From Thermoplasmata archaeon (GTDB lineage Archaea; Thermoplasmatota; Thermoplasmata; RBG-16-68-12), in NCBI GenBank assembly GCA_035632695.1, contig DASQGG010000027.1, positions 2,073-66,072 of the forward strand: a stretch of 64,000 bases of DNA, read 5' to 3'. Under the pieces are notes generated by a model. The model did not search any database and was not told where the DNA came from. It was given only the letters and a program-made list of their open reading frames with translations. The position numbers were made by a program, and so were the translations under genes. Below, one piece after another: positions 48,104-57,561 of the stretch; positions within the stretch are counted from its first letter, which is position 1; the number at the start of each line of letters is the position of its first letter.

Positions 48104-50074
48104 TCAGCCCGTCCCCGTGGCCGCGCGATCGTTCAGGCGCAGCGCGCGGTCCGCGCAGGAGGTCGCCTCGTCGTACCGGCCCAGCTTCGTCAGCACGTAG
48201 CCTTTGTTCACCCACGCCCCGCGGTACCCGGGATCGATCTCCAGAGCCCGGTCGTAGCACGCGAGCGCCTCCTCGAAGTGCCCGAGCCGGGCGAGCGTGT
48301 TGCCCTTGTTGTTCCAGGCGACCTCGTACCTCGGGTTGACCTTGAGGGCGGCGTTGAAGCTGCGGAGGGCGTCAATCAAGCGCCCCATCTTGGTCAAGGC
48401 GTTCCCCTTGTTCAGCCACGCGACCTCGTTGCGCGGATTCAGGTCGAGCGCCTTGTCGATGACCCTGAGGGCCTCCTCGTACCGGCCCATGAGGACGAGG
48501 CTCGCGCCCTTCCCGTACCAGGGCGTCTCCTCGCCCGGCGTGCCCTTCCCGGCCACGGCAATCGCGCGGTCGAAGTCCTGGACGGACGCCGCATAGTCCT
48601 GGCGCCTCAGGTGGGTCTCGGCCTTCGTGAGTTCGCGGCCCAGGAGCAAGCCGGAGCGCCGCTGCCGGACGCCCTCGGCAACGACCGCCGCGGGCCACGG
48701 CGTCAGGGCGACCAGGCCGAACGTCCACGCGGCGCTCCCCGCGAAGGGAAACCCGAGGGCTTCGACGAGCGCAAGCGCGACGAGCGGCAGCGCGGCCGCC
48801 GCTACAATCAGGTCGCGCGTCTTGGACGCGAGCAGGCGTCGCGTCGCGAAGGCGAGCCCCAGGGCGCCCGAGACGGACAAGATGGGCGCGAGCGTCTGGT
48901 GGAGCACGGGAGCGGCCGAGGAGAGGATCGCCCCCACGAGCAAGGCGATCGCGTCCGTCCGAGGCAGGCCCACGCCTCGGGCCACAAAGCCCGTCGCGAC
49001 CAGGTACGCCGCGAGGATGCCGGCCATCGCGGCGACGCTCCATGCGATTCCCGGCTCACCCGCGAGATTCGACACGTAGAGGATTCCCGCTGCGGCCACA
49101 AGGAGTCCTCCCGTGAGTTCGGAGGGCAGCCGAACGGAGGACCGTCGCCTCGGCACGCGACGAGGGGTTTGCCGCACCCTCGGCGTCCGCGGAACGCGGT
49201 GGGCGTCAGGAGCGGGAGGGCTGGGGGCTGTCCGCGGACTCGGGACGGGCCGGATTGGCGTCCTGGGAGGCCGCGCGATCGGTCGGAGCCGAGGCGGCTC
49301 GAGCGGCTTCTTGGCGCTCGCGACCGTCTCCGCCGCGGGCGGGGGCGCAGGAGCGGCGGAAGGCCGAGGGTACGATGCGGGTTGCTGGGGCTTCGGGGCC
49401 TTGGCGCGCTTCGCGATGCGGCGGATCTTGGTCTCCTTCTTCGTCCTCGCAGGTTGGTCCAGCTCCCTGAGGATGTCGTCGATCTGGTCGAGTTCCGAGG
49501 GTTCCTGAGGCGCGGCCGGATGGGGCTCGGGTGGCGTCTCCATCGTGCGCGCGGCTTGCGGTTCCGTCGCGGGAGCGGCGGTCTCCCCCGGAGGTTCCTC
49601 GGTCCCGCCGAGCGGCTCGCCACAGATCTCGCACTCCTTCCACGTGGCCTCGTTGTCGGCGCCGCAGACGGGGCAGAGGGTGATATCGAGGATATCCTTC
49701 TCGGGGACCGGTTCCACGGGCTCGGGCTCGAACTCCGCCCCGCAGCGCGGGCACTTCGGATCCCCCGTGGCCACGAAGCCGCCGCAGTTCGTGCAGAGGA
49801 ACAGAAGGCCGTTCTCTCCCGACTTCAGGACGTCGTCCACGTCGCGGTCCTGGAGCTGCTTCGGGTTGCGGAACCCCTTCTCGAATAGGGCGAGGGCTTT
49901 CTCGCGGGGGATGCCGAGGGCTCGGCAGAGGCGGACGACTGCCTCGTCGATGACGAAGGCCCCGCAGTTTTCGCACTCCGTCTCGTCCGGGGGCATCGGC
50001 TCCTGACAGACGGGGCACAGGGCCCGGGCTGTCTTCCCGGGCATCGCCTCGGTCCATGTCGGGCCTCGGGCCAT
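48104..50074 (-). CDS. Triple zinc-ribbon / Pro-rich linker / transmembrane / TPR-repeat protein
   Basis: Start chosen at MARGPTW (50074) to avoid overlap with the divergent gene. It carries three CxxC-x(n)-CxxC ribbons, a proline-rich disordered region of about 150 aa and 4 to 5 TM helices. The C-terminal region has 5 TPR repeats (EVAWLNKGNAL, EVAWNNKGNTL, GAWVNKGYVL). Confidence 0.7.
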   Translation of the reverse strand: MARGPTWTEAMPGKTARALCPVCQEPMPPDETECENCGAFVIDEAVVRLCRALGIPREKALALFEKGFRNPKQLQDRDVDDVLKSGENGLLFLCTNCGGFVATGDPKCPRCGAEFEPEPVEPVPEKDILDITLCPVCGADNEATWKECEICGEPLGGTEEPPGETAAPATEPQAARTMETPPEPHPAAPQEPSELDQIDDILRELDQPARTKKETKIRRIAKRAKAPKPQQPASYPRPSAAPAPPPAAETVASAKKPLEPPRLRPIARPPRTPIRPVPSPRTAPSPPAPDAHRVPRTPRVRQTPRRVPRRRSSVRLPSELTGGLLVAAAGILYVSNLAGEPGIAWSVAAMAGILAAYLVATGFVARGVGLPRTDAIALLVGAILSSAAPVLHQTLAPILSVSGALGLAFATRRLLASKTRDLIVAAAALPLVALALVEALGFPFAGSAAWTFGLVALTPWPAAVVAEGVRQRRSGLLLGRELTKAETHLRRQDYAASVQDFDRAIAVAGKGTPGEETPWYGKGASLVLMGRYEEALRVIDKALDLNPRNEVAWLNKGNALTKMGRLIDALRSFNAALKVNPRYEVAWNNKGNTLARLGHFEEALACYDRALEIDPGYRGAWVNKGYVLTKLGRYDEATSCADRALRLNDRAATGTG

Positions 50075-50156
50075 AAAGCCGCGCACCCTGTTGTCAGCCG
50101 CGATAACCCTGGGGTCGGACCGCTTAAGTAGCGCGGGACGCTTGCTCGGCCGTCCC

Positions 50157-50894
50157 ATGGTCTCGCAGCTCGACTTCAGCGTCGCCCTCGTCCTGGGCCT
50201 CGCGCCCGCCCTGGGCGTCATGTACTGGTCCATTCGCCGGTTCGACATCCCCTTCACGGAGTACCGCCTCTTCGACGACCGGCGCATGTTTGGGGGGCTT
50301 GCCGCCGGTCTGATCTTCGGCGCAGTCGCCGGCTTCGTCGAGGAGCAACCCCTTGGGAATGTCCTCGGCGCGATTCTCGCCCTCGTGGCCTTCCTCGTGT
50401 TCGAGGAATCGTTCAAGATGGTCTGGCTCAACCGGAAGTCGTACCGGGGAAGGTTCGACACAACCTTCTACGGCGTGTCCGTCGGCGTCGGGACCGCGGC
50501 GATGCTCGTCGTGGCCGACGTCCTGACGTTCATGGGTCGAGGCGGCGCCCTGTACACGGTCGAGAACTTGGCCCTATACCTGCTTTTCTCCGCAAGCTTC
50601 AGTCTCATCCAGGCCGACACGGGGGTCCTGATCGGGTTCGGCGCGTCCCGGGGCGAGACGATTTGGCCCTTCCTCAAGGCCGTCCTCGTGCGTCTGGCTC
50701 ACGCGGCCATGCTCCTCGCTTTCTCGCTGGGCGCCGACGAGCCCTGGAGCCTGATCGCCGTGGTCACGTCGATCGTGTTCGCGGCCATCCTCTACCACTA
50801 CGTGTACACGGTCCTCCTGCCCGCCACGCTGCCGGAGGACGTCCGCCGGGAGATGAAGCGCGAGAAGCGCCGCGATCGACGGGCTAACGCCTGA
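50157..50894 (+). CDS. PrsW-like intramembrane metalloprotease (CPBP/CAAX-protease superfamily)
   Basis: Polytopic membrane protein with the PrsW motif EExxK (FEESFK) and downstream conserved His in a TM segment. Divergently arranged to the Zn-ribbon/TPR gene. Confidence 0.55.
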   Translation: MVSQLDFSVALVLGLAPALGVMYWSIRRFDIPFTEYRLFDDRRMFGGLAAGLIFGAVAGFVEEQPLGNVLGAILALVAFLVFEESFKMVWLNRKSYRGRFDTTFYGVSVGVGTAAMLVVADVLTFMGRGGALYTVENLALYLLFSASFSLIQADTGVLIGFGASRGETIWPFLKAVLVRLAHAAMLLAFSLGADEPWSLIAVVTSIVFAAILYHYVYTVLLPATLPEDVRREMKREKRRDRRANA

Positions 50895-51360
50895 GGTCGA
50901 CCGCACGGTAGAAGCCCGGCTTGGGCTCGAAGACGACGTTCGCATCGAGCAGGACCGCGAGCGCGACCTCCGCATCGGGCAGCCCGAGGCCCTCGAGGAC
51001 ACGCGTCCAGTCGTCCCGCGTGAACAGCTCGAGTTCATTCGTCAGTTCGACCGCCGCCGCCCGGATCCGCGAGGACCGGTCTCCGCGGCTCGGGATGGCG
51101 GCGATCACCCGCGCGTGAACCTCCCTCGGACGCGGCTTCCTCGCCGAGGCCAGCGCCCTCTGGACCTCCTTGGCGCCTCCCGCGAGTTCCGCGTTGACTT
51201 GGCCCACGAGGGGGGCGAGCTCCCGTGCCGTGGCGGCCCGTCCCCGGATCCGCGCGGGGACCACCCGGATCTCGAAGCCGCACGCGCAGGCGGTCGTCTT
51301 CTGCTTCAGGTCCACGCCCTTCGCCCGGCGGCACCGCGGGCAGACGATCACGCCGTACAT
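50884..51360 (-). CDS. Zinc-ribbon domain protein (hypothetical)
   Basis: N-terminal CPRCRR ... CACGFE zinc ribbon, followed by an alpha-helical domain of unknown function. Confidence 0.45.
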   Translation of the reverse strand: MYGVIVCPRCRRAKGVDLKQKTTACACGFEIRVVPARIRGRAATARELAPLVGQVNAELAGGAKEVQRALASARKPRPREVHARVIAAIPSRGDRSSRIRAAAVELTNELELFTRDDWTRVLEGLGLPDAEVALAVLLDANVVFEPKPGFYRAVDLRR

Positions 51361-51364
51361 GGGC

Positions 51365-51832
51365 TCAGGTCATGAAGACGACCGCGGCGAGGCACGCGCC
51401 GTAGTGGTCCATGGGCGTGCTGAGTTCCTCGATCCGGTATTCCAGGCGGCGGAACTTGATGCCCCGCATCTTGGCCATCTCGCCCATCTTCCACTCCAGG
51501 ACCTCCTGGAGCGACTTCTTGGTACCGTGCATGTGACCCTCCGCGACGTAGCCGCCGAGACCGTCGTCCCGGAAGCCGTAGGCGATGCCCGCGGAGATCG
51601 TCTCGCCCTCTCCGCCGCGTTGCTGCGCGAGGACGCAGAACGTGATCGCGCCCATCGGCAGGTCCCGCTGCCGTACCTGCCGGATGCCGATGGGGAGGAC
51701 GGAGGACACGGAGACGATGTTCTGCTCCGAGAGGCCGGCGTTCAGGAGGGCCTCGTCGAAGGCGTTCAGGTCGGAGACCTTGGAAACGGCCTTCCCCGAC
51801 GTGACGAAGAATTTCGTGGGCACGGGCAACAT
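51365..51832 (-). CDS. pdaD: Pyruvoyl-dependent arginine decarboxylase
   Basis: Alignable to the MJ0316 family: FVTSGKA...LNAFDEALLNAGL...GETISAGIAYG. The self-cleaving serine (TSG) is present. Confidence 0.85.
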   Translation of the reverse strand: MLPVPTKFFVTSGKAVSKVSDLNAFDEALLNAGLSEQNIVSVSSVLPIGIRQVRQRDLPMGAITFCVLAQQRGGEGETISAGIAYGFRDDGLGGYVAEGHMHGTKKSLQEVLEWKMGEMAKMRGIKFRRLEYRIEELSTPMDHYGACLAAVVFMT

Positions 51833-51950
51833 GGGGGTTCGCGGAAGTGGCCAACGTCGCGCTCGGCTTAAGCGTTTGCGGCGGCGGCCGGCGGCCCGAT
51901 TCCGGATCGCGTCGCCCGATTTTTATTCGGTTGAGTATATTTTTCAATGC

Positions 51951-52418
51951 TCACGAATTGGCTGGGGGAGCGTCCGTCTCATCCACGAGGGAGCGGACCA
52001 TGCTGTACGCATCCTCGCCCCAGGAGTAGTAGCCGTACAGCACGCCATCGGTCTTGTAGCCAAGTCCCCGGTAGAACTCGATGGCGCCGTAGTTCCGCGT
52101 GCTCACCTCGAGGCGCACTCGGGTGCACCCGCGCCTACGCGCTTCCGCCTCGGCGGCCTGCATCATCCGCGTGCCGAGGCCCTCCCTGCGGCGGTCGGGC
52201 ATCGTCGCGATCGAGAGGACGCGACAGAACTGTACCTCGAACAGGAGCATGATGGCCGCGATCACCGCTCCGTCGGCCGATTCCTCGACGAACGTCGCGG
52301 CGCGCTCGTTGCGGAGAATCCAGTCCACGTGGTCCTTGCGGAATCGGTGCTCCTTGAAGCAGGCGATCTCGATTCGGTAGATGGCCCCTAAATCGGTGGG
52401 CGTCGCGATGCGCAGCAA
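51951..52418 (-). CDS. GNAT family N-acetyltransferase (RimI-like)
   Basis: Acetyl-CoA binding motif RRREGLGTRMM and the GNAT fold pattern. Confidence 0.8.
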   Translation of the reverse strand: MLRIATPTDLGAIYRIEIACFKEHRFRKDHVDWILRNERAATFVEESADGAVIAAIMLLFEVQFCRVLSIATMPDRRREGLGTRMMQAAEAEARRRGCTRVRLEVSTRNYGAIEFYRGLGYKTDGVLYGYYSWGEDAYSMVRSLVDETDAPPANS

Positions 52419-52532
52419 GGACCCGAGCCACCGCGAGGATGGTTCATGTCTTTTTGCCTGCGCCCGTGTCTCGCCCCTCGGTTGCTCGGACCGCGAAAGA
52501 GTAATCTAGACCCACCGGAATGGCCGAGGGCT

Positions 52533-53822
52533 ATGGTTGGCGTCGCGGAGGTCCTCCACGGGAAGCACTCGGGTGCGTCCGTCGAGCTGAAAGGCTGGAT
52601 CTACCGAACGCGGACGATCGGCGGCAAGGCGTTCGTCGTCCTGCGGGACGCCACCGGGGTGGTCCAAGTCACCATCGCCAAGGATGCCGTCTCGCCCAAG
52701 GCGTTCGCGGCGGCCGAGAAGGCACTCATCGAATCTTCCGTAATCGTGCGAGGAACCGTGGTCGCGGACAAGCGCGCCCCCGGCGGCTGGGAGGTCCGAG
52801 CGACCGACTTCCAGGTCGTGCACTTCGCGGAGAAGTTCCCGATCCAGGAGGACCTGAGCGAGGAGTTTCTCCTCGACATCCGGCACCTCTGGGTCCGCTC
52901 CCAGAAGATGACGACGATCTTCCGGATCCGCGACAGCGTGTTCAAGGCGGTCCACGAGTACTTCCGCAGTCAAGGGTTCTGGGAGGTCTCGCCGCCCATG
53001 ATCACCCCCGCGGGGAGCGAAGGCGGCTCCACGCTCTTCGAGCTGGACTACTTCGGCAAGAAGGCGTACCTCACCCAGTCGTGGCAGCTCTACGCGGAGG
53101 CGCTCGTCCTGGCCATGGAGAAGATCTACTACGTCGGACCGTCCTTCCGCGCCGAGAAGTCCCGCACGACCCGCCATCTCACGGAGTACTGGCATGCGGA
53201 GATGGAGCAGGCCTGGGCGGGCATGGCCGAGGTCCTCACGCACGCGGAGGGCGTAATCTCCCACGTCTGCCAGGTCGTGGCCGAGGAACGCCCCGAGGAC
53301 GTGGTCGCCATGGGCCGCACGCCCGAATTCCTGAAGGCGGTGACGCCGCCCTTCGAGCACCTCACCTACGACGAGGCGCTGAAGATTCTCAAGTCCAAGG
53401 GCATCGAGATCGAGTGGGGCAAGGACCTCCGGACCCTCGAGGAGCGCGCGCTGACGGAGGGCAAATCGAAGCCCATCGTCGTGACGCACTATCCGCGCGT
53501 CTCCCAGGCCTTCTACAAGGCCCGGGACCCGCAGCACCCGGACCTCGTCCTGGGGTTCGATGTGATCGCGGGCGACGGCGTGGGCGAGGTCGTCGGCGGC
53601 AGCGAGAGGGAGACGGACCTCGAGGTCATCAAGAAGTCCTTGATCGAGCAGGGCGAGGACCCCAAGGCGTACGACTGGTACCTCGACTCCCGCCGCTACG
53701 GCAGCGTGCAGCACGCGGGCTTCGGCATGGGGATGGAGCGGCTGATCCAGTGGATCTGCAAGCTCGAGCACATCCGGGACGCCGTGCCGTTCCCGCGGAC
53801 GCCCGCCCGCGCGTCGCCGTGA
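52533..53822 (+). CDS. Class IIb aminoacyl-tRNA ligase: aspartate--tRNA ligase (archaeal type) or asparagine--tRNA ligase
   Basis: N-terminal OB anticodon-binding domain. Class II motifs 1 to 3 are present (FRAEKSRTTRHLTEYW, GFGMGMERL). Sequence alone does not discriminate Asp from Asn specificity. Confidence 0.85.
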   Translation: MVGVAEVLHGKHSGASVELKGWIYRTRTIGGKAFVVLRDATGVVQVTIAKDAVSPKAFAAAEKALIESSVIVRGTVVADKRAPGGWEVRATDFQVVHFAEKFPIQEDLSEEFLLDIRHLWVRSQKMTTIFRIRDSVFKAVHEYFRSQGFWEVSPPMITPAGSEGGSTLFELDYFGKKAYLTQSWQLYAEALVLAMEKIYYVGPSFRAEKSRTTRHLTEYWHAEMEQAWAGMAEVLTHAEGVISHVCQVVAEERPEDVVAMGRTPEFLKAVTPPFEHLTYDEALKILKSKGIEIEWGKDLRTLEERALTEGKSKPIVVTHYPRVSQAFYKARDPQHPDLVLGFDVIAGDGVGEVVGGSERETDLEVIKKSLIEQGEDPKAYDWYLDSRRYGSVQHAGFGMGMERLIQWICKLEHIRDAVPFPRTPARASP

Positions 53823-53853
53823 ACGGACACCCTTTTAGGCCCCGCGCACTTGG

Positions 53854-54360
53854 GTGCCCTCGATGGGCGAGGCCTCGGATCCATTCCAGCCCCTCCTCGA
53901 CGACCACGAGGAGTTCCTCGAGAAGCTCACCGAGCTCGAAGCCGTCCTCGACGAGATGATGCGTACGCGGGAGGCAGGCGACGGGAACTTCGAGCTCCTC
54001 GACGAGTCGATTCGGTTCTTCGAAGACGAACTCCTGCCTCATTTCCGGAAGGAGGATGAGATCGTGCTGCCGCCCCTCGAAGCGGCGATCGGGCGGTTCG
54101 GCACGCTCGTGAACGTTGTCGCGTACGAGCACGAAGAGATTCGACGGGAGATCGCGAAGTTCAAGGAGGCCCGGTCCGAGTTGAACGTGCGCGCGGGACG
54201 GTGGCCCGCGATCCAGGAGCTGAACCGCCACGGCGTCTTCACGATTCAATTCCTCTGGGATCATTTCCGCAAGGAGAAGGTGAGCCTCTTCCCGACCGCG
54301 GCCCGATCGCTGCCCGCGGAGCAGCTCGCGGCGATCCGGGATCGACTCGCTCAGCGGTGA
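53854..54360 (+). CDS. Hemerythrin-like (HHE cation-binding) domain protein
   Basis: 168 aa with helical His/Glu spacing (H-x3-E ... H-x3-E ... H-x4-E) typical of hemerythrin-like domains. Confidence 0.6.
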   Translation: MPSMGEASDPFQPLLDDHEEFLEKLTELEAVLDEMMRTREAGDGNFELLDESIRFFEDELLPHFRKEDEIVLPPLEAAIGRFGTLVNVVAYEHEEIRREIAKFKEARSELNVRAGRWPAIQELNRHGVFTIQFLWDHFRKEKVSLFPTAARSLPAEQLAAIRDRLAQR

Positions 54361-54797
54361 CCCGCCGCCGTGCGGATCGCCTCGGCCAGCTTGTCGAGCT
54401 CCTCCCGCTTGGGCATGGAGCCGTACCGCGGCCCCATCCGCAGGCCGACGCCGTCACCCGCGAACCGGGGATACGCGTGGAGATGGACGTGGAAGATCTC
54501 TTGCCCCGCCACCTCCCCGTCCGCGAGGTGCAGGTTTACACCCTCGCACCTGACCCCGCTCCGATACAGGGCGAGGGCAAGTCCCCGGGCCATCTCGAAC
54601 ACGCGCCCGCCGTCTCCGGGGGCGAGATCCTGGAGGCGCGCCGCATGGCGCTTCGGGACCACGAGGAAGTGTCCGGGGTTGATGGGGCGGATGTCCAGGA
54701 ACGCGAGGGAGTGCTCGTCCTCGGCGAGAAGGCTCGCGGGCAACTCCCGCCGCACGATCTTGCAGAAGACGCAGGACGCCTCCTCTCCCGAGGGCAC
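54351..54797 (-). CDS. HIT family (histidine triad) hydrolase
   Basis: CVFCKI N-terminal motif and HVHLHAYPR histidine triad. A GTG start is proposed at 54797; the long ORF in the track is antisense readthrough into the acyl-CoA dehydrogenase gene. Confidence 0.7.
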   Translation of the reverse strand: MPSGEEASCVFCKIVRRELPASLLAEDEHSLAFLDIRPINPGHFLVVPKRHAARLQDLAPGDGGRVFEMARGLALALYRSGVRCEGVNLHLADGEVAGQEIFHVHLHAYPRFAGDGVGLRMGPRYGSMPKREELDKLAEAIRTAAGHR

Positions 54798-54856
54798 GGT
54801 TCGGGCGAAGTCCCGCCGCGGTTTGAACCTTGCGACGTCCCCCGCCCGAGCGCCGG

Positions 54857-56017
54857 TCACTTCCTCGAGGAGGGGCCGAGGATCCGCTCCGCGATCACGA
54901 GTTTCTGGATTTCGTTCGTGCCCTCGTACAGGCCCAGGATCCGCGCGTCGCGGAACAGGCGCTCCACGTCGAACTCCCCGCTGAATCCGTAGCCCCCGTG
55001 CACCTGTATCGCCCAGTCCGTCACGCGCTGGGCCATCTGCGCGCCGAAGAGCTTGGCCATGGAGACCTCCAACGTGTTGTCCTGGCCCAGGTCCCGCAGA
55101 TGGGCGGCGCGCCAGGTGAGGAGGCGCGCCGCGTCGATTTCCACGGCGGACTGCGCGATCATCTCTCGCACGAGCTGGAAATCCCCGATGGGCCGGCCGA
55201 AAGCCTTCCGCTGCTGCACGTACTTGGCCGCGGCCTCGAGCGCCGCCCGCGCCACGCCCACGGCTCCCGCGGCGATGCCGATGCGCCCGCTGTTCAGGGT
55301 CTTCATGGCCTGGTCCCAGCCGTCCCCCTCCTTCCCGATCAGGTTCTGCCGCGGGATTCGGCAGTCCTCGAACGCGAGGTCGGCCGTCGGGCTCGCGCGC
55401 AGGCCGAGCTTCGTCTTCGATTCCACGTGGGTGACCTTGAACCCGGGGGTGCCTTTGGGGACCAGGAACAGGCTGAGCCCTTCGTGCCGCTTGGAGCCCA
55501 GCTTGCGGGCGTACACCTGGACGTAGTCCGCGATGCTCCCGTTCGAGATGAAGCGCTTCTGACCGTTGAGGACGATGTCGTCGCCCTCCTCGCGGTACGT
55601 GGTCGAGAGGTTCGCCGCGTCGCTCCCCGCCTCGGGTTCCGTGAGCGCCCACGCACCGAGCTTCTCCCCCTTGGCCAGGGGCACGAGCCACTCCTGCTTC
55701 TGGTCCTCGTCCGCAAACCACATCAGGGAGGTCTCGGACAGGGAGGTCTGGACGCTGACCGTGGTCCGCACGGACGACGAGCCGCGGCTGATTTCCTCCA
55801 CGAGGAGCACGAAGGACACGTAGTCCATCCCCGCGCCGCCGTACTTCTCCGGCACGGGCGCACCGAGGAACCCGAGCTCCGCCATCTTGCCGTACCACGA
55901 GCGGGGGATCTCGCCCTTCTCCTCCCACTCGCGGTTGTGGGGGATGATCTCGCGGTCGACGAAGTCCTTCGCGGTCTGCTGCACGAGCTTCTGCTCGTCG
56001 GTGAGCCGGAAGTCCAT
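54857..56017 (-). CDS. Acyl-CoA dehydrogenase
   Basis: ACAD N-, middle- and C-terminal domains with the catalytic glutamate in YEGTNEIQ. 386 aa. Confidence 0.9.
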   Translation of the reverse strand: MDFRLTDEQKLVQQTAKDFVDREIIPHNREWEEKGEIPRSWYGKMAELGFLGAPVPEKYGGAGMDYVSFVLLVEEISRGSSSVRTTVSVQTSLSETSLMWFADEDQKQEWLVPLAKGEKLGAWALTEPEAGSDAANLSTTYREEGDDIVLNGQKRFISNGSIADYVQVYARKLGSKRHEGLSLFLVPKGTPGFKVTHVESKTKLGLRASPTADLAFEDCRIPRQNLIGKEGDGWDQAMKTLNSGRIGIAAGAVGVARAALEAAAKYVQQRKAFGRPIGDFQLVREMIAQSAVEIDAARLLTWRAAHLRDLGQDNTLEVSMAKLFGAQMAQRVTDWAIQVHGGYGFSGEFDVERLFRDARILGLYEGTNEIQKLVIAERILGPSSRK

Positions 56018-56128
56018 GGTCCCTGCCTCCTCCCGCGGCCAAACGAGGGGGCGCCCTTAAAGGTTCGGCAGGTCCGCGAAGACCAACGCGTGGGGAAGGC
56101 GGGGAATCCGATTGGCGCTGCGCCCGGC

Positions 56129-56686
56129 TCACGCGCGGCGCGCGGCGGCCCGCCGGAACTGGACGGCGTACCCGATGCCGCCCAGCAGCGGTCCCAGGGA
56201 GCCCAGGATGAACAACGTCGAGATAATGGGCACCAGCGGGCCGAGGATCTGGTCGTGCACGCATTCGGAGATCGTGGAGGGCGCGACGCAGGTCAGCGTG
56301 GGATGGAACAGCTGAGCCCCGCCCACGTAGCCGCCGTACATCAGGAGGGCGATGCCCGCCCCGAGGACCACATTGCCCAGGAGCAGGTGGCCCCAGGCGA
56401 GGTACTGAAGCCCCTTGTCATAGGGCTGTCCCATGACGACCTCGAGGTAATGATAGAACAACGCGCTGAGCCCGGAGCCGATGACCGGGACAATCAGGTA
56501 GCCGAGGTACCCGACCGTGAACCAGGTGCCCGCGGAGCCCTGGGCCACGATGTTCTCGGGAGAAATGAAACCCGAGAAGGGGAAGTCGGCGTAGAGGAGG
56601 ATCTCCGTGAGCACGAACATGATGGTGCCCTGAATCAGTGCGGCGGCGATGAACCGCCGAGCCCACACACTTCCGGAGCCCTCCAT
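56129..56686 (-). CDS. Polytopic membrane protein (hypothetical)
   Basis: Start at MEGSGSVW. About 6 TM helices and no family signature. Confidence 0.45.
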   Translation of the reverse strand: MEGSGSVWARRFIAAALIQGTIMFVLTEILLYADFPFSGFISPENIVAQGSAGTWFTVGYLGYLIVPVIGSGLSALFYHYLEVVMGQPYDKGLQYLAWGHLLLGNVVLGAGIALLMYGGYVGGAQLFHPTLTCVAPSTISECVHDQILGPLVPIISTLFILGSLGPLLGGIGYAVQFRRAAARRA

Positions 56687-56753
56687 GCTAACCTCGGACG
56701 GCCAACGGTCCGAGACTCCAAAAACCTTGCCGTCGCGCGGTGGCGGTCGGACG

Positions 56754-56975
56754 TCAGAAGGACAGCGGTCCGCCCGTGTCCGTGGGTCGGATGATCCAGC
56801 GGTGTCCATGCTGAACGATCATGATGCTCCCGCACCCGGTGCATCGGTAGAAGATTGCATCCCCGTCGTGCCCGAGCTCTTCGATGCCCTCGTGACGACA
56901 GATGCGCGGGTCCGCCGGGATCTCAACGAGGAGCGACGACACGCTCTGCTCTCCACGCCCATTGTGTCGTCCCAC
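56754..56975 (-). CDS. Small Cys/His-rich putative metal-binding protein
   Basis: 73 aa with CRHEG ... H ... CTGCGS ... H. Possibly spurious; lies upstream of and co-oriented with the membrane protein. Confidence 0.25.
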   Translation of the reverse strand: MGRHNGRGEQSVSSLLVEIPADPRICRHEGIEELGHDGDAIFYRCTGCGSIMIVQHGHRWIIRPTDTGGPLSF

Positions 56976-57078
56976 GCCCTAAGCCCTTGGGTAAGTACGC
57001 TTGGGCTCCGTTCGCGTTCTCTATGCACTTCGTGTCGTCGGAAAGTCTTTATCGCGTCCGCCCGGATACCGCGGCCCC

Positions 57079-57561
57079 GTGGCGCTGCTCTCCGACGCGG
57101 GCATCCTCGCATTCCGCGCGAAGGGCGAGCTGTCCATCGAGCCGTTCGTGGAATCGAGCCTGACCCCGAATGGGTATGATGTGAGCATCGAGGAAGTCGC
57201 GGTCCCCTCCTCGGGGCAACGTGTCCGGACGGGCGTAGCCCATATCCCCGCCCTGACCCGGTTCGCGGTGAGCTCCCGGGAGACCGTGACCCTGGGCCGC
57301 CACGTGGCCGCCCAGATCTGGCTGCGGACCACGTGGGCTCGCCGCGGCGTCCTCGCCTCCTTCGGCATGATCGACGCAGGCTTCTCCGGCACCCTCACCT
57401 TCGGGGCGCTCAACGCATCGGACGCGACCCTCGACGTCCCCGTCGGGGAGCGGTTCGCCCAGATCGTCTTCCAGGCGCTCGAGTCTCCCGCCGCCGCGAC
57501 CTACGAGGAGCGGTCCGGGACCTACCAGGGGCAGCGCGGCGTGACCTGGGACCGACCGTGA
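57079..57561 (+). CDS. dcd: dCTP deaminase (dUTPase superfamily)
   Basis: LTPNGYDVSI and IDAGFSGTLT motifs of the Dcd/dUTPase trimer family. A GTG start is proposed. Confidence 0.75.
   Translation: MALLSDAGILAFRAKGELSIEPFVESSLTPNGYDVSIEEVAVPSSGQRVRTGVAHIPALTRFAVSSRETVTLGRHVAAQIWLRTTWARRGVLASFGMIDAGFSGTLTFGALNASDATLDVPVGERFAQIVFQALESPAAATYEERSGTYQGQRGVTWDRP

Noticed and set aside
54351-56264. 637 aa ORF on the minus strand spanning the HIT gene and all of the acyl-CoA dehydrogenase region
   Set aside because: Only the C-terminal 148 aa (54351..54797) have HIT-family signatures. The upstream 490 aa are low-complexity and in a different frame from the well-supported acyl-CoA dehydrogenase (54857..56017). 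I treated this as frame readthrough in GC-rich sequence rather than a real fusion.
56649-57179. 176 aa plus-strand ORF upstream of dcd
   Set aside because: Low-complexity Arg/Ser/Pro-rich translation overlapping the better-supported dcd frame and the small minus-strand Cys/His protein. Likely spurious.
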